A DNA stretch of 64,000 bases from Heterodontus francisci (lineage: Eukaryota): positions 127,253,594 through 127,317,593 of the forward strand of contig NC_090377.1 in assembly GCF_036365525.1 (NCBI RefSeq), in the 5' to 3' direction. The notes beneath the pieces are model-generated. The model worked only from the letters and a program-made list of their open reading frames with translations, made no database searches and was not told the DNA's origin. Numbering within the stretch: position 1 is the first letter of the stretch; each line of letters opens with the position of its first letter. The position numbers were made by a program, and so were the translations under genes. Below, piece after piece: positions 1-11,250 of the stretch.

Positions 1-27
1 CCAGCTGCACGGGTAGCCTCCCATACC

Positions 28-774
28 TTGGAGGAAGAGAAATCCTCTGAGGAAGAAGTGTCACCTTCCACCAGCGCAGATACAGCCACCTTGGTGGGTA
101 TACATTCGGCTTTAGAGTGTGGGTCACAATCTGGTGAGAGCACTGCACAAGTGCCCGAGCAGCTGAATGAGGCTGAGTCAGCCGAGGCCCCTGACAGTCA
201 GAAGGCTGTGAGTGGCCAAGCCCATGCTGAGCCCCAGGCTACTGATGACTCTCCGATGTCGGCAGCACAGGGCATGCTGGAGCTGATGAATAAGTACTGG
301 AAACAGCAAGCGGAGATGCCACAGGCCATGTGCAGCTTTGAGTGGAGGAGGGGGAGTCCATCCAGGCCATGACAGCTGCCATATCCCAGGCAATTGAGCT
401 CATGGCTTCATCCATTGAGGCGGCGGCGACCCTCGTGGTGACTCAGAATCAATTAATATGCGCTGACCTGCAATCCCTCGCTGCTGTCGTGACATCCATT
501 CAGCAATGGCTTGGCGAGTGAGGGACCAGGGGCATGGAGTTCTGCACTGATGCAGGTTTCCCCCAGCCAGCCGGACCACTCCAGGCCTTGTGCAGGCAGA
601 GGACGACCGCCGAGGTCATCCACAGCCAAAGAGCAATCAGATCAGCAGCCTTCCTCCAGTCAGGTTGCTAGCGCTGAGGTAGCACTGATAAGGGGAACTC
701 GCAAGCGTTTGAAGAAAACACAAAAGGGAATGCACGGGTGTCAAAGCATTGTAAATGCGTTTGTCACTAAATGA
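28..774 (+). pseudogene. C-terminal remnant of the Harbinger accessory (Myb/SANT-type) gene
   Basis: Low-complexity E/S/Q-rich ORFs convergent with the transposase. Same layout as the element at 45826-50245, where the Myb domain is visible. Confidence 0.55.
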
Positions 775-969
775 TCTTCACCAACATGCGTGTCCTTTTT
801 CCTGGATGAATGATGTGTGCCAGCATTTTCCGCTAATGTCTCATCCCTTTTCATCATTGGTCTTTCAGGAATGCCAATATATGCAATACCATCACTCCCA
901 TGCCACCGTTACTCAAGTGCATCGCCAGGGATGCAGTGACATGGATAATGGCTTAGTCTGCTGCTGCCT

Positions 970-2219
970 CTAATGGTTTAGACAAAGATGTTGCAGATGT
1001 GGACTGCTGCACAACAGGTGAGTGAGGGTGCTGTGTGGCTTGCAGGGCTCATGTCGGTTGTTATGGAGTGGACAGCCTTTGTCTGATAAGCCACTGTCGT
1101 GCATCCCTAGCTCGCTGCCCACCCTGCAGGCGGAGCCTGGGTGCCCTCTGCCCTCCCATGCACCTTTTCTGTTGTAAGGCCTCAGCGTCCTCAAAGTCCA
1201 AGTAGGATCCTGCTGATGTCGCTCCAAATCATGCGAGGCCTGACCCCTATTGGGCGTGTTGTTGTACAGAGGACAGTGAGCAGCAAATAAAAGAGCTGGC
1301 CTTTGCACCTCATAGTACAGGGCACCACCCAATCTATCCGGGCAGGGGGAGCGCTTTTTCAGCATGCCCATCATCTGCTCAGTGATGGTTCTTGTAGCTC
1401 CGTGGCTGCTGTTGGATCTCTCCTCTGCAGCAGTGTTTTGGTCACTCTCTGGTGTCAGGAGCCATGTCTGCAAGGGGTATCCCTTGTCTCCAAGAAGGCA
1501 CGCCTCCATCTGAGTCAGTTCAGTGAACAGCAGCGGCAGCTGATACTGGTGCAGGATCCAGGTGTCATGGCATCTGCCTGAGAAATAGGTAAGGATTTGC
1601 ATGAAGTGTCTCCGGTGATCACATTCCAGCTGTACCTAGATTGAGATGAATCCCATAAAGGTAAAGTCCACAGCTGGTGGTCTGGCACCTTTGGTTATGT
1701 GGCGATGGTGCCGATACCAATGGCCCTCTGGGCCTGGCTGTTAGGGTCCTTACTGAAGCATACATACTCACTGGTCCTCCAGTACAGGGTATCAGTGACC
1801 TCCCTGATGCTGTGATGGGCTGCTGAGTGTGCGACCCCACAGAGGTATCCAGTGGACCCCTTAAATGCTGCATAGGCGTCAAGGTTAAGATGCGCTGCCA
1901 CTATGAGGACCACAGACAAAGGATGTCCACCGAAGCCCATGGTCTGCACATCATCGTTGAGCAGGGCACAGAGAAGTGTCACCAGCTCTCTGCACATGCG
2001 CATTTTCCTCTGACACTGGCGCTCAGACATCCACCGGTATGTCATGCAGGACCTGTAGATGCTTGGTGTTCTATAGTGGCGAGCGCCCCTTGGGGGCTGC
2101 TGCTCACAACCAGGGGCCTCTACATGGGCTGCACCTGCCTGTTGGTTTTGCCTGCGGTGCTTATGGATCCTTAGGAAAAGCGGATCACATAATCTAGGAT
2201 GATCCATACCCATTTCCAT
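970..2219 (-). pseudogene. Harbinger transposase (HARBI1-like), frameshifted
   Basis: ORFs 1695-2219 and 970-1602 contain MSERQCQRKMRM, HPLSVVLIV..LN, GRCHDTWIL, LLGDKGYPLQTWLLTP and TRTITEQMMGMLKKRSPCPDR. Confidence 0.85.
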
Positions 2220-2226
2220 TTGATAA

Positions 2227-3084
2227 TGTCATGCAGGCCCCCACCTGCCAAGAATGAGGCACATACATTTCTCCACATGGACATTAAATCTTAGAATTGT
2301 TGCTGGGAAGAAAATAAGGCCTATTACAAGGGGTTGCCAAGCCCCTGGCTGGAAAGACATTTTTTTTCATACAAGCAGACAGTGTTGGAACAAAGGAACC
2401 AGTCCCTGCCCCAATGCACAGAAGAGACCTGGTCAAACCAGTCGGTCACGTAACCACCTGCTGGCCAAATAGGGGAGTTTTAAATTGGAGAAACAGTATT
2501 TGAAGACAGAAAGCTGTTTGCTCCTGGACTGGAGAAGACCTCTCGTGCCTGGCTTGCCGCCGCCTCTCTCCTGGTTGCTCTCATCTCTCTCACCAACTTT
2601 GGAAACCATTGAAGACATATGAACCCCAAGAGAAAAAAGTCTCCTACAGTGAACAAGGTTTAAGAAGAATACTGGGCCCCAACGAAAAGCAAGATCTACC
2701 TACAAGCAAGGACTATAGCGAGCTTGAAGCACAGTAACAAAAACGCCTCTTCAGAGATTGCCTCAAACCTCTCTACTTAATTTTTTTCTTCGGCTCTTTT
2801 CTGTCTCAATTTGCACGTGTGTATCGCGTATGCATGCTAGCGGGGCGCGGCATGTCTCCTTAACCGAATTAGAATTTAAGTTTTAATAAATTTCACCTTT
2901 CTTCTTTAATCCTAAGAAAGTCTGTTTGTACTCATTTCTTTCATTTATAATTGGAAAGCGATGAACAAGGATTCATCAAGCGGGAGCTCAAAACACAGCG
3001 TGTTTAAAATTAAAACCCTGTTACAATAAGACGAGGTGAAGGCTGAGAAAGACCCTTAGACACTTTTCTCACCTGGTCGTAACA
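2227..3084 (+). mobile_element. Solo LTR (Gypsy-type, family A)
   Basis: TGTCATG...GTAACA termini, perfect 4-bp TSD ATAA (2223-2226 / 3085-3088), homologous to three other copies. Confidence 0.92.
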
Positions 3085-3426
3085 ATAAATAAAGTTGTAT
3101 CCTTCATTTATTCGAAGGTTCCTAACAGGGCAGGCATTGATGTTGACAGGCACATCAGGTGCTTTCGTGGATCAACTATGTGGCGTGGCATGGCATTGCC
3201 CATCTTAGCTCACATTCAGAGTGGCACAGCATGACCACAAATATCCTACCAGCTGCATCGATTGCCTCCACCATCCACGTAACCTTAACGCTCCTACCCT
3301 TTCTGGCAGCCTCCCCGCAAACAGGGTGACGAGAGTGCTATTGCTCCTTCACACACACAAACAAACAATGGTGCAGAGCGTACACCATTTACGGAGGGAG
3401 GGTACACAGTACCTCCCCTCATGCCC

Positions 3427-3670
3427 GCAGAGCTTTTCATCCAGTAATCCCACATTCCCTTCTACCTCGCTTTCAGAATTCAGTACTGAGATCCCGATCA
3501 TCCAAGACCCCCTCCCACCTCCCCTTCAGAATGCAGAGCTGAGACCCCGATCATCCCAGACCCCCTACCACCTCCCTTGCAGAATGCAGAGCTTTCCCTC
3601 CAGTAATCCCAGACCCCCTCCCACCTCCCCTTCAGAATGCAGAGCTGAGACCCCGATTATCCCAGACCTA
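3427..3670 (+). repeat. Imperfect tandem repeats in the Harbinger subterminal region
   Basis: Recurring units CAGAATGCAGAGCT, GAGACCCCGATCATCCCAGACC and CCCTCCCACCTCCCCTT. Confidence 0.8.
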
Positions 3671-4387
3671 CCTGCATTGTTGTCCCGTTTGAGTTTCGTA
3701 TTCATGAACGGGGTGGCACGTGACAGCCGCCCGGTCAGCGAAAAGTTCGGAAGTGTGGAGCGACAGGCGGCGGGTTGCATAATCAGAAAAGGTAAGTGGC
3801 ACTTTACATATGGTAATTGGGGTGCCGCCGCTGAGCAGCGGGGCAGTGGGGGTGGGCGCACCAAAGTCTCGCTGCCATCGGAAAAACGTGCCAAGGCCTT
3901 CTTGGCATCGGGGGTCGAGGCGGGTCTCTCCCGGCAGAATTCTACGGGCCCCCCCACCACAAACCCCGATGTCGAGGGATGGTAAAATTCAGCCACAGAT
4001 GTCTGCCAACACCTGACATGACATTCTGAACCCACTGAGACACTGATGTTCAGACATAGAGTCATAATGGCACAGAAGGAAGCCATTTGGCCTATCGAGT
4101 CCACACCAGCTCTCTGAGCAGCAATCCAGTCAGTCCCAAGCTCTATCACTGTAGCCCTGCAAGTATATTCTCCTCAAGTACCCAACTAATTTTCTTCTGA
4201 AATCATTCATCGTCTCTACTTCTACACCCACGTAGGCAGCGAGTTCCAGGTCATTACCACTCACTGCGTAAAGAAGTTCTTCCTCACATGCCTAGCATTT
4301 CTTGCCCAAAACCTTAAATCTGTGTCCCCTAGTCCTAATACCATCAGCTAATAGGAACAGCTCTTCTTTGTCTACCTTATCTAAACC

Positions 4388-5292
4388 TGTCATGCTGGGC
4401 CCCCACCTGCCAAGAATGAGGCATATAAATTTCGCCATATAGACATTACATTTCAAATTGCTGTTGGGAAGAAGAGAAGACCGATTACAAGGGCTGCCAG
4501 GTACTTGGCTGGAGGTCATTTGTGCACCAATAGGGACAAGAGAGGTTACTTCCCTTATCCACTTAACCTCAAATGGATTTTGAACACCAGGTACTGTGTG
4601 TAAGAGAAGACATTCCAGGGTCTGCTCGGACAAGAGAATCCACAACACAGAAGTGGATACACCAGCTGGTCACGTGACTAACCTGCTGGCCAACTTGGGA
4701 GTCTTTCAATCGTAAATACAGTGTTTGAACTGGACAGAGAGACTGTTTGCTTCTGGACTGAGAAGACCTCGCCTGCCTGCTCCCATCTCTTTCTCACAAG
4801 CCTCCGGGACCCACTGAAGACATGTGAACCTCAAGAGAGAAAAATCTCCTACAATGAACAAGGTTTAAGAAGAATGCTGGGCCCCAACGAAAAGCAAGAC
4901 CTACCTAGAATCAAGAACTTTACAGCGAGCTTGAAGAACCGTAACCAAAACCATCTTCAGATATTGCCTCAAACTTTTGTACTTTATTTCTTCTGCTCTT
5001 TTCTGACTCCAGCTGCATGTGTGTATTGCATATGCATGCTAGCGTGGCGCATCATGTATCCGTAGGCGTTAACCAAATTAGTGTTTAAGTTTAATACATT
5101 TCAATCTTTCTTCTTTAATCCTAAGAAAATCTGTTCGGCTGGTTTCTTTGCTTTATAATTGGAAAGCAGTGAGCAAGGATTCACCAAGAGGGAACTAAAA
5201 ACACAGTGTGCTTAAAATTAAACCCTGCTACGGTACAACCAGGTAAAGGCTGAAAGGGAACACCTAGACCCCTTTCCCACCTGAGCGTAACA
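4388..5292 (+). mobile_element. Solo LTR (family A)
   Basis: TGTCATG...GTAACA termini, colinear with 2227-3084. TSD is ambiguous. Confidence 0.88.
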
Positions 5293-5432
5293 CTGTCATA
5301 ATCTTGTTTACCTCTATCAAGTCTCCCCTCAACCTCCTTTGCTCCAAGGATAACATCCCTGCTTCTCCAACCTAACCTTGCAGCTAAAATCCCTCAATCC
5401 TGGAAACATCCTCTTCACCCTCTCAAATACCC

Positions 5433-6322
5433 TGTTACGACCACTTGAGAAAGGTGTCTAGGGGTTCCTCTCAGCCTTCACCTGGTCTTACCGTAACAGT
5501 GTTTAATTTTAAACACAGTGTTTTTAGCTCCCCCTTGGTGAATCCTTGTTCACCACTTCCAATTATAAGGCAAATAAACCAGCACAAACAGGTTTTCTTA
5601 GGTTTAAAGAAGAAAGATTGAAATTTATTAAACTTAAACACTAATTCAGCTGAAGCCTACGGATACACGACGCGCCCACGCTAGCATGCATACGCGATAC
5701 ACACATGCAGATAGAGACAGAAAAAGAGCAGAAGAAAATAAAGTGGAAAGGTTTGAGGAAATATCTGAAGAATTTTTGTTACGGTTCTTTGAGCTCACTG
5801 TAGAGTCCTCAATTGAAGGTGGATCTTGCTTTTCATTGGGGCCCAGTATTCTTCTTAAACCCTGTTTAGTGTGGGAGACTTTTCTCTCGGGGTTCATGTG
5901 TCTTCAGTGGGTTTGGAGTTCTGTGAGAAAGAGATGGAAGCAGACAGGAGAAAGATCTTCTCAGTCCAGGAGCAAACAGACACTCCGAGTTCAAACTGTT
6001 TGTACAATTCAGAGAACCTCAGGTCGCCAAGCAGGTTAGTCATGTGACTAACTGGTCTGACCACGTTTTGGATTGTATCACCTTAGCAGTCTCTGGAATG
6101 CTCCTCTTACACATAATTACTGGTGATCAAGATCAATTGTAGGTTGAATGTGTCAGGGATTGGTCCTTTGTCCTTCCAATCACCATCTGTTAATATGCAA
6201 ATATCTCTTCCAGCCACGGTTGATCTGTTTAATAAGTCCTTTCTTCACTCCAGTAACAGTTTAAAATCAATGTTCATGACAAAATGTGCCTCATTCTTGG
6301 CAGGTGGGGGCCTAGCACGACA
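5433..6322 (-). mobile_element. Solo LTR (family A), reverse orientation
   Basis: TGTTACG...CACGACA on the + strand, perfect TSD ACCC (5429-5432 / 6323-6326). Confidence 0.92.
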
Positions 6323-6449
6323 ACCCTCACATCCTTCCTAAAGTGGAACTGGATGCAATATTCTAGCTCTGGCCTAGCAATTATTCGGGACAAATTGAAT
6401 AGTCACTTGGGCAAATGTGGGTTAATTAAGGAAAGCCAGCACGGATTTG

Positions 6450-8390
6450 GGCAAATGAACTCTCATGGCATCAGGTCAAACATAGGCTCAGAAACCTCCT
6501 GCTGATTACCACCTACTGCAATCCCTCAGCTGATGAATCAGAACTCCTCCATATTGAACACCACTTGGAAGAAGTACTGAGTGTGGCAAGGGCACAGAAT
6601 GTCCTCTGGGAAGGGACTTCAATGTCCATCACCAAGAGTGGCTCGGTAGCACCACTACTGACCGAGCTGGCCAAGGCCTATAGGACGTAGCTGCTAGACT
6701 GCAGGACGTGAGGGAGCCAACAAGGGGGAAAAACCTACTTGACCTCGTCCTCACCAATCTACCTGTTGCAGATGCATCTGTCTGTGACATTATTGGTAGC
6801 AGTGACCACCACAACGTCCTTGTGGAGACGAAGTCCCGTCTTCACATTGAGAGTACCCTCCAATGTGTTAGAGTCATAGAGTTATACAGCACAGAAACAG
6901 GCCCTTCGGCCCATCGTCTCCGTGCCGGTCATCAAGCACCTATCAATCTAATCCAATTTTCCAGCACTTGGCCCTTAGCCTTGTATGCTATGGCGTTTCA
7001 AGTGCTCATCTAGATACTTCCTAAATGTTGTGAGGTTTCCTGCCTCTACCACCCTTTCAGGCAGTGTGATCCAGATTCCAACCACCCTCTGGGTGAAAAG
7101 AGTTTTCCTCAAATCCCCTCTAAACCTCCTGCCCCTTAACCTTAAATCTATGCCCCTTGGTTATTGACACCTCCGCTAAGGGAAAAAGTTTCTTCCTATC
7201 TACCCTATCTATCAGGGATCAACCCTGATTCAATGAAGAGTGCAGGAGGGCATGCCAACAGCAGCACTAGGCATACCTAACAATGAGGTGCCAACCTGGT
7301 GAAACTAAACACAGGACTACATGCATTCCAAGCAGCGTTAGCAGCATGTGATAGACAGGGTTGAGTGATCTCACAACCAACAGATCAGACCTAAGCTCTG
7401 CAGACCTGCCACATCTAGTTGTGAATGGTGGTGGACAATTAAACAACTACCAAGAGGAGGAGGCTCCAGAAATATCCCCATCCTCAACAATGGACGAACC
7501 CAGCACATCAGTGCAAAAGACAAGACTAGAGCATTTGCAACCATCTTCAGCCAGAAGTGCCAAGTGGATCATCCATCTCGACCTCCACTTGAGGTCCCTA
7601 GAATCTCAGATACTAGTCTTCAGCCAATTCGATTCACTCCACATGATATCAAGAAACCGCTGAAGGCACTGGATACTGCAAAGGCTATGAGCCCTGACAA
7701 TATTCCAGCAATAGTACTGAAGACCTGTGCTCTAGACTGACCGTGCCTGAGTCAAACTGTTCCAGTACAGCTACAATACTGGCATCTACCCGACAATGTG
7801 GAAAATTGCCCAGCTATGTCCTTTACATAAAAACAGGACAAATCCAACCTGGCCAATTACCACCCAATCAGTCTACTCTCGGTCATCAGCGAAATGATGG
7901 AAGGTGTCGTCGATAGTGCTATCAAGCGGCACTTACTCAGCAATAATCTCTCACTGATGCTCAGTTTGGGTTCCGCCAGGGCCACTCAGCTCCAGACCTC
8001 ATTTCAGCCTTAGTCCAAACATGCACAAAAGAGCTGAATTCCAGAGATGAGATGAGAGTGACTGTCTTAGACAGCATTTGTCCAAGCATGGCATCGAGCA
8101 GCCCTAGCAAAACTGGAGTCAATGGGAATCAGGGGAAAACTCTCTGCTGGCTGGAGTCATACTTGGCACAAAGGAATATGTTTATGCTTGTTGGAGGGCA
8201 ATCATCTCAGTCCCAGGACATCACTGTAGGAGGTCCTCAGGGTAGTGTCCGAGGCCCAGCCATCTTCAGCTGCTTCATCAATGACCTTCCCTCCATCATA
8301 AGGTCAGAAGTGGGGACTGCTTCAGTATCAGATACTGAAGCAGTCCATGTCCATATGTAGCAAGACCTGGACAACATTTAGGCTTGGGCT
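6450..8390 (+). mobile_element. CR1/L2-superclade LINE (family B), EN-RT fragment, with a CR1 3' fragment nested at about 6868-7210 (-)
   Basis: REPTRGKNLLDLVLTN..GSSDHH endonuclease end; QFGFRQGHSAPDL and GPQGSVRGPAIFSCFINDLP RT motifs. Confidence 0.8.
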
Positions 8391-8391
8391 G

Positions 8392-9458
8392 TGTCAAGAA
8401 AACCCCATATTCTAAATGAGAAATATGAATTTCATCAGTTGGAAACTTACATGAAACTTTTAATGGACAAAATCCTACAGTTAACTTTTAAAAAACTAGC
8501 AGATGGCCACTGCAATTTGCATCTGAAACACCAGGAGATTGAACTGAAGACAAAAGTCTAACAAGAAGCCCAGCCAGAACAATGCTTTGGCTAACTGAGT
8601 AGATTATGCAGATCATCCTCGTTAGCAGGACAGTCAAAGTGTCATGAGGCATTCATAAGTGGAGACGTCCGTCCAGGAGGTAATCACTGACAACCCCACC
8701 GAAGAGAGGTTTTGGGTTTGAGACTTTGGACCTCATTCGAAACAAAAGGGATTGAAAGAACCATGTGACCATCTGTCTATCTGAAAAAAACTGGGAGTTT
8801 TGTTACACTCACAGAAGACAAGCAGTCACTGAGTGCGCAGCAGCAGAGAAGGCTGCATGCTTCCCTTTCTCTCCCTTTCTCCAGAAAACATCAATTTTGA
8901 AAACCGTCTGTGACTGTGGACCCTCCAAGTCTACAGACTGCTACAGCCAGGAACAGAGACCAGGGGAAGAGAGCCACCTACCAGTCTGCCTTCAAGAAAA
9001 CCCTGAGCAAAGGAAGCCAACTTCAAAGTGCACTTTGACCAGTCTAGGACTTCAAGAATACAACTTCATCTGGAGGACTACCATATCATTCACTTCACAG
9101 ACTGTGTATTTAAGTTCCATTTATTCTGGAGTTTAATCCAACCACCAAATCTATTTTTCCCTCTGTAATCTATTTTTGTGTGTGATTCTCGTGTGAATGT
9201 GTGCGTGAACGTGTAGTGTATCTTTATTATTTTAAATGAGGGTTAGATTGTTAAGTATAATAAACTTACCTCTTTCTTGTTTAAACTCAAGAAAACCTGT
9301 CCGATTGGCTCTTTCAAGATCACAGTAAAGGAAAAAGGTAAAACACTCACAGAGGTGGTATGCACAATCACTGTTTATACGGAATAAACCCTGTTGCAGT
9401 CAAGTAAGAGAAAGGGCAAGAGGGGAGCCTGAGAACCCCTCCTCACCTGGCCATAACA
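8392..9458 (+). mobile_element. 5' LTR of a Gypsy (Gmr1-like) element
   Basis: TGTCAAG...CATAACA termini. Followed by TGGAGGCTTTAGTCTGGGATT (degenerate tRNA-Pro-like PBS) and a gag start. Confidence 0.8.
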
Positions 9459-9598
9459 GAAATTTGGAGGCTTTAGTCTGGGATTGTATCCCAACGACAA
9501 ATGATAAATTGGAAGTGAGAAACCAAATTGATTCCTATCAAAATTTAAAAAAAACTTCAATACGTTTTTCTTGTGCTTTTTGCTGCTAGAGTACTAAC

Positions 9599-9910
9599 AT
9601 GTCCACATCCGAGGCCAGTACCTTCCTAAGCCAGAGTGAAGTAACTTGGAATCAGTTAAAGGCCCTACCTATTGAAAAGTTGAGGAACATAGCTGGGCAT
9701 TTAGGGATTACTTTCCATGCAAAAGCTAAGAAATCTGAAATCATGAGACTTGTGGCCAACTATTTTTCACTTGAACCTGAAGATTCAGAGACACGGTCAG
9801 AGTCAGAAACAGACAGGGTAATGTTAGCAAAAATACAATTAGAGCAGAGGAGACTCGAGTTAGAATTCCAGAGAGAGAAAGAGCAGAGAGAGTATCAAGA
9901 AAGGGAATAA
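9599..9910 (+). pseudogene. Truncated Gypsy gag N-terminus
   Basis: ORF immediately after LTR and PBS, with LRNIAGHLGI..AKKSEI and the coiled coil LEQRRLELEFQREKEQRE. Confidence 0.7.
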
Positions 9911-9940
9911 GAAAGGGAAGAAATGGAAAAAGAGCTTTCC

Positions 9941-10510
9941 AAAGGGAGTCTGTGTGTGAGAGCTAAAACCCCTAATGCTGTATTTCTCCTGAGACTCCCC
10001 TGGAAGCCTTGCCAGATTATTTCTCGACGCCAGCTGAAAAGAATTGCTCCAGAAAAGATCCTAGTGACCTGTCTACGTGTTCTTGGATTCCAGACTGTAT
10101 GCCATTTCGGGACACAACATATCTCATCCTTTTTCTTTTCAAGTATTTGACCAAAGTATTCTTATTTTGTTTCTTTTGTAAAAGACCTCTGCAGAGAGAA
10201 TTTTTTTATTTTTCCGTTAACCTGTGTGTGTGTGTGTGTGCGTGTGTGCTGAGGTATATAAAAAGGGAACATTCATATTTCAATCTGTGTATTAATGCTT
10301 TGCTTCATTACTGGATAAGTCTTGTTTTATAATAAACTGATAATTTTGTTGTTTATTAAAGTAACCTGGTTGGTGTATTTTATTCAGGGATAAAGAGCAG
10401 AGCATATGATTGACCATATCGTTAACTGGGTAAACATTTAAATATATGTTGTGACCTGCAGAAAAGTGAAACTAGAAAAGACAGTGCACTCTCCTGCCTC
10501 GGTTGTAACA
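9941..10510 (+). mobile_element. 3' part of a different LTR family
   Basis: (TG)n run, AATAAA and a terminal GTTGTAACA. Not colinear with 8392-9458. Confidence 0.6.
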
Positions 10511-11250
10511 CAGGAAACAGAGAGTAGCGACTAATGGATGTTTTTCAGACTGGAGGAAAGTTTTAGAGTCGAGTTCCCCAGGGGTGGTGTTAGGATGTTT
10601 GCTCTTTCTGATATCTATTAATGACCTAGACCTAGACCTTGGTGTACTAGGCACAATTTCAAAGTTTGCAGATGATATGAAACTTAGAAGCATTGTAAAC
10701 TGTGAGGAGGATAGTGTAGAACTTTGCTTTCTGCCATTGAGTCAATTTTGGATCCAACTTGCCACTTTCCCTTGCATCCTATGGGCTTTTTCTTCTCTGA
10801 TCAGTCTGCCATGTTGTCCAAAGCCTTGCTAATATCCATATAGGCTACATCAAATGTGCTATCTTCATTGAGCCTCCTTGTTATTTCCTCAAAAAATTCA
10901 CTCAAGTTAGTTAGACATGACCTTCCCTTAACAAATCAATGCTGACTGTCCTTAACCGTGCCTTTCCAAATTATGATTAATGCTGTCCCTCTGAATTTTT
11001 TTCAACAATTTGCCCATCACCGAGGTTAGACTGACTGGCTTGCAGTTACCTAGTCTATCCCCTTCTCTCTTTTAAACAACTTTACGATGTTCGTAGTCCT
11101 CCAGTACCATGCCTGTAGCCAGAGAGGATTGGACAATGATAGTCAGAGCCCTCACTATTGCCTTACTTGCTTCTCTTAACAGCCTGGGATGCATTTCATT
11201 CAGGTCTGGCGATTCATCTACTTGCAAAGATGCCAAACCCTTTAATATTT
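10511..11250. mobile_element. CR1 RT fragments in opposite orientations
   Basis: 10511-10722 (+) reads RKQRV..PQG..ISKFADD. 10723-11250 (-) is the RT region that normally lies just upstream. Confidence 0.7.

Larger units (their letters stand above)
1..3994. mobile_element. Degraded Harbinger/PIF DNA transposon with convergent accessory (+) and transposase (-) genes; left end lies outside the window
   Basis: DDE_Tnp_4-type motifs at 970-2219 (-). Acidic/Gln-rich ORF remnants at 28-774 (+). Right terminus GGTAAAATTCAGCC at 3981-3994 matches the TIR of the MITE at 17211-17979. Confidence 0.8.
4055..6380 (-). mobile_element. CR1 LINE 3' fragment interrupted by two solo LTRs
   Basis: Minus-strand GLDKVDKEELF..TRGHRFKV and a CR1 3' tail near 4055-4140. 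The CR1 sequence resumes at 5293-5432 and after 6323. Confidence 0.8.

Noticed and set aside
3427-3670. CRISPR-like repeat-spacer array
   Set aside because: Degenerate tandem units without unique spacers, in a vertebrate TE context with no cas genes.
3221-3985. 254-aa ORF as a novel gene
   Set aside because: Runs through tandem repeats and the GC-rich Harbinger terminus, with no recognisable domain.
2227-5292. Two LTRs of one full retrotransposon
   Set aside because: The first LTR has its own TSD, and the intervening DNA is Harbinger end plus CR1 with no PBS, PPT or gag-pol.
10511-11250. Twin-priming 5' inversion of a single CR1
   Set aside because: Piece order is not that expected for twin priming, and neither a 3' tail nor a TSD is visible. 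More likely two fragments or a later rearrangement.
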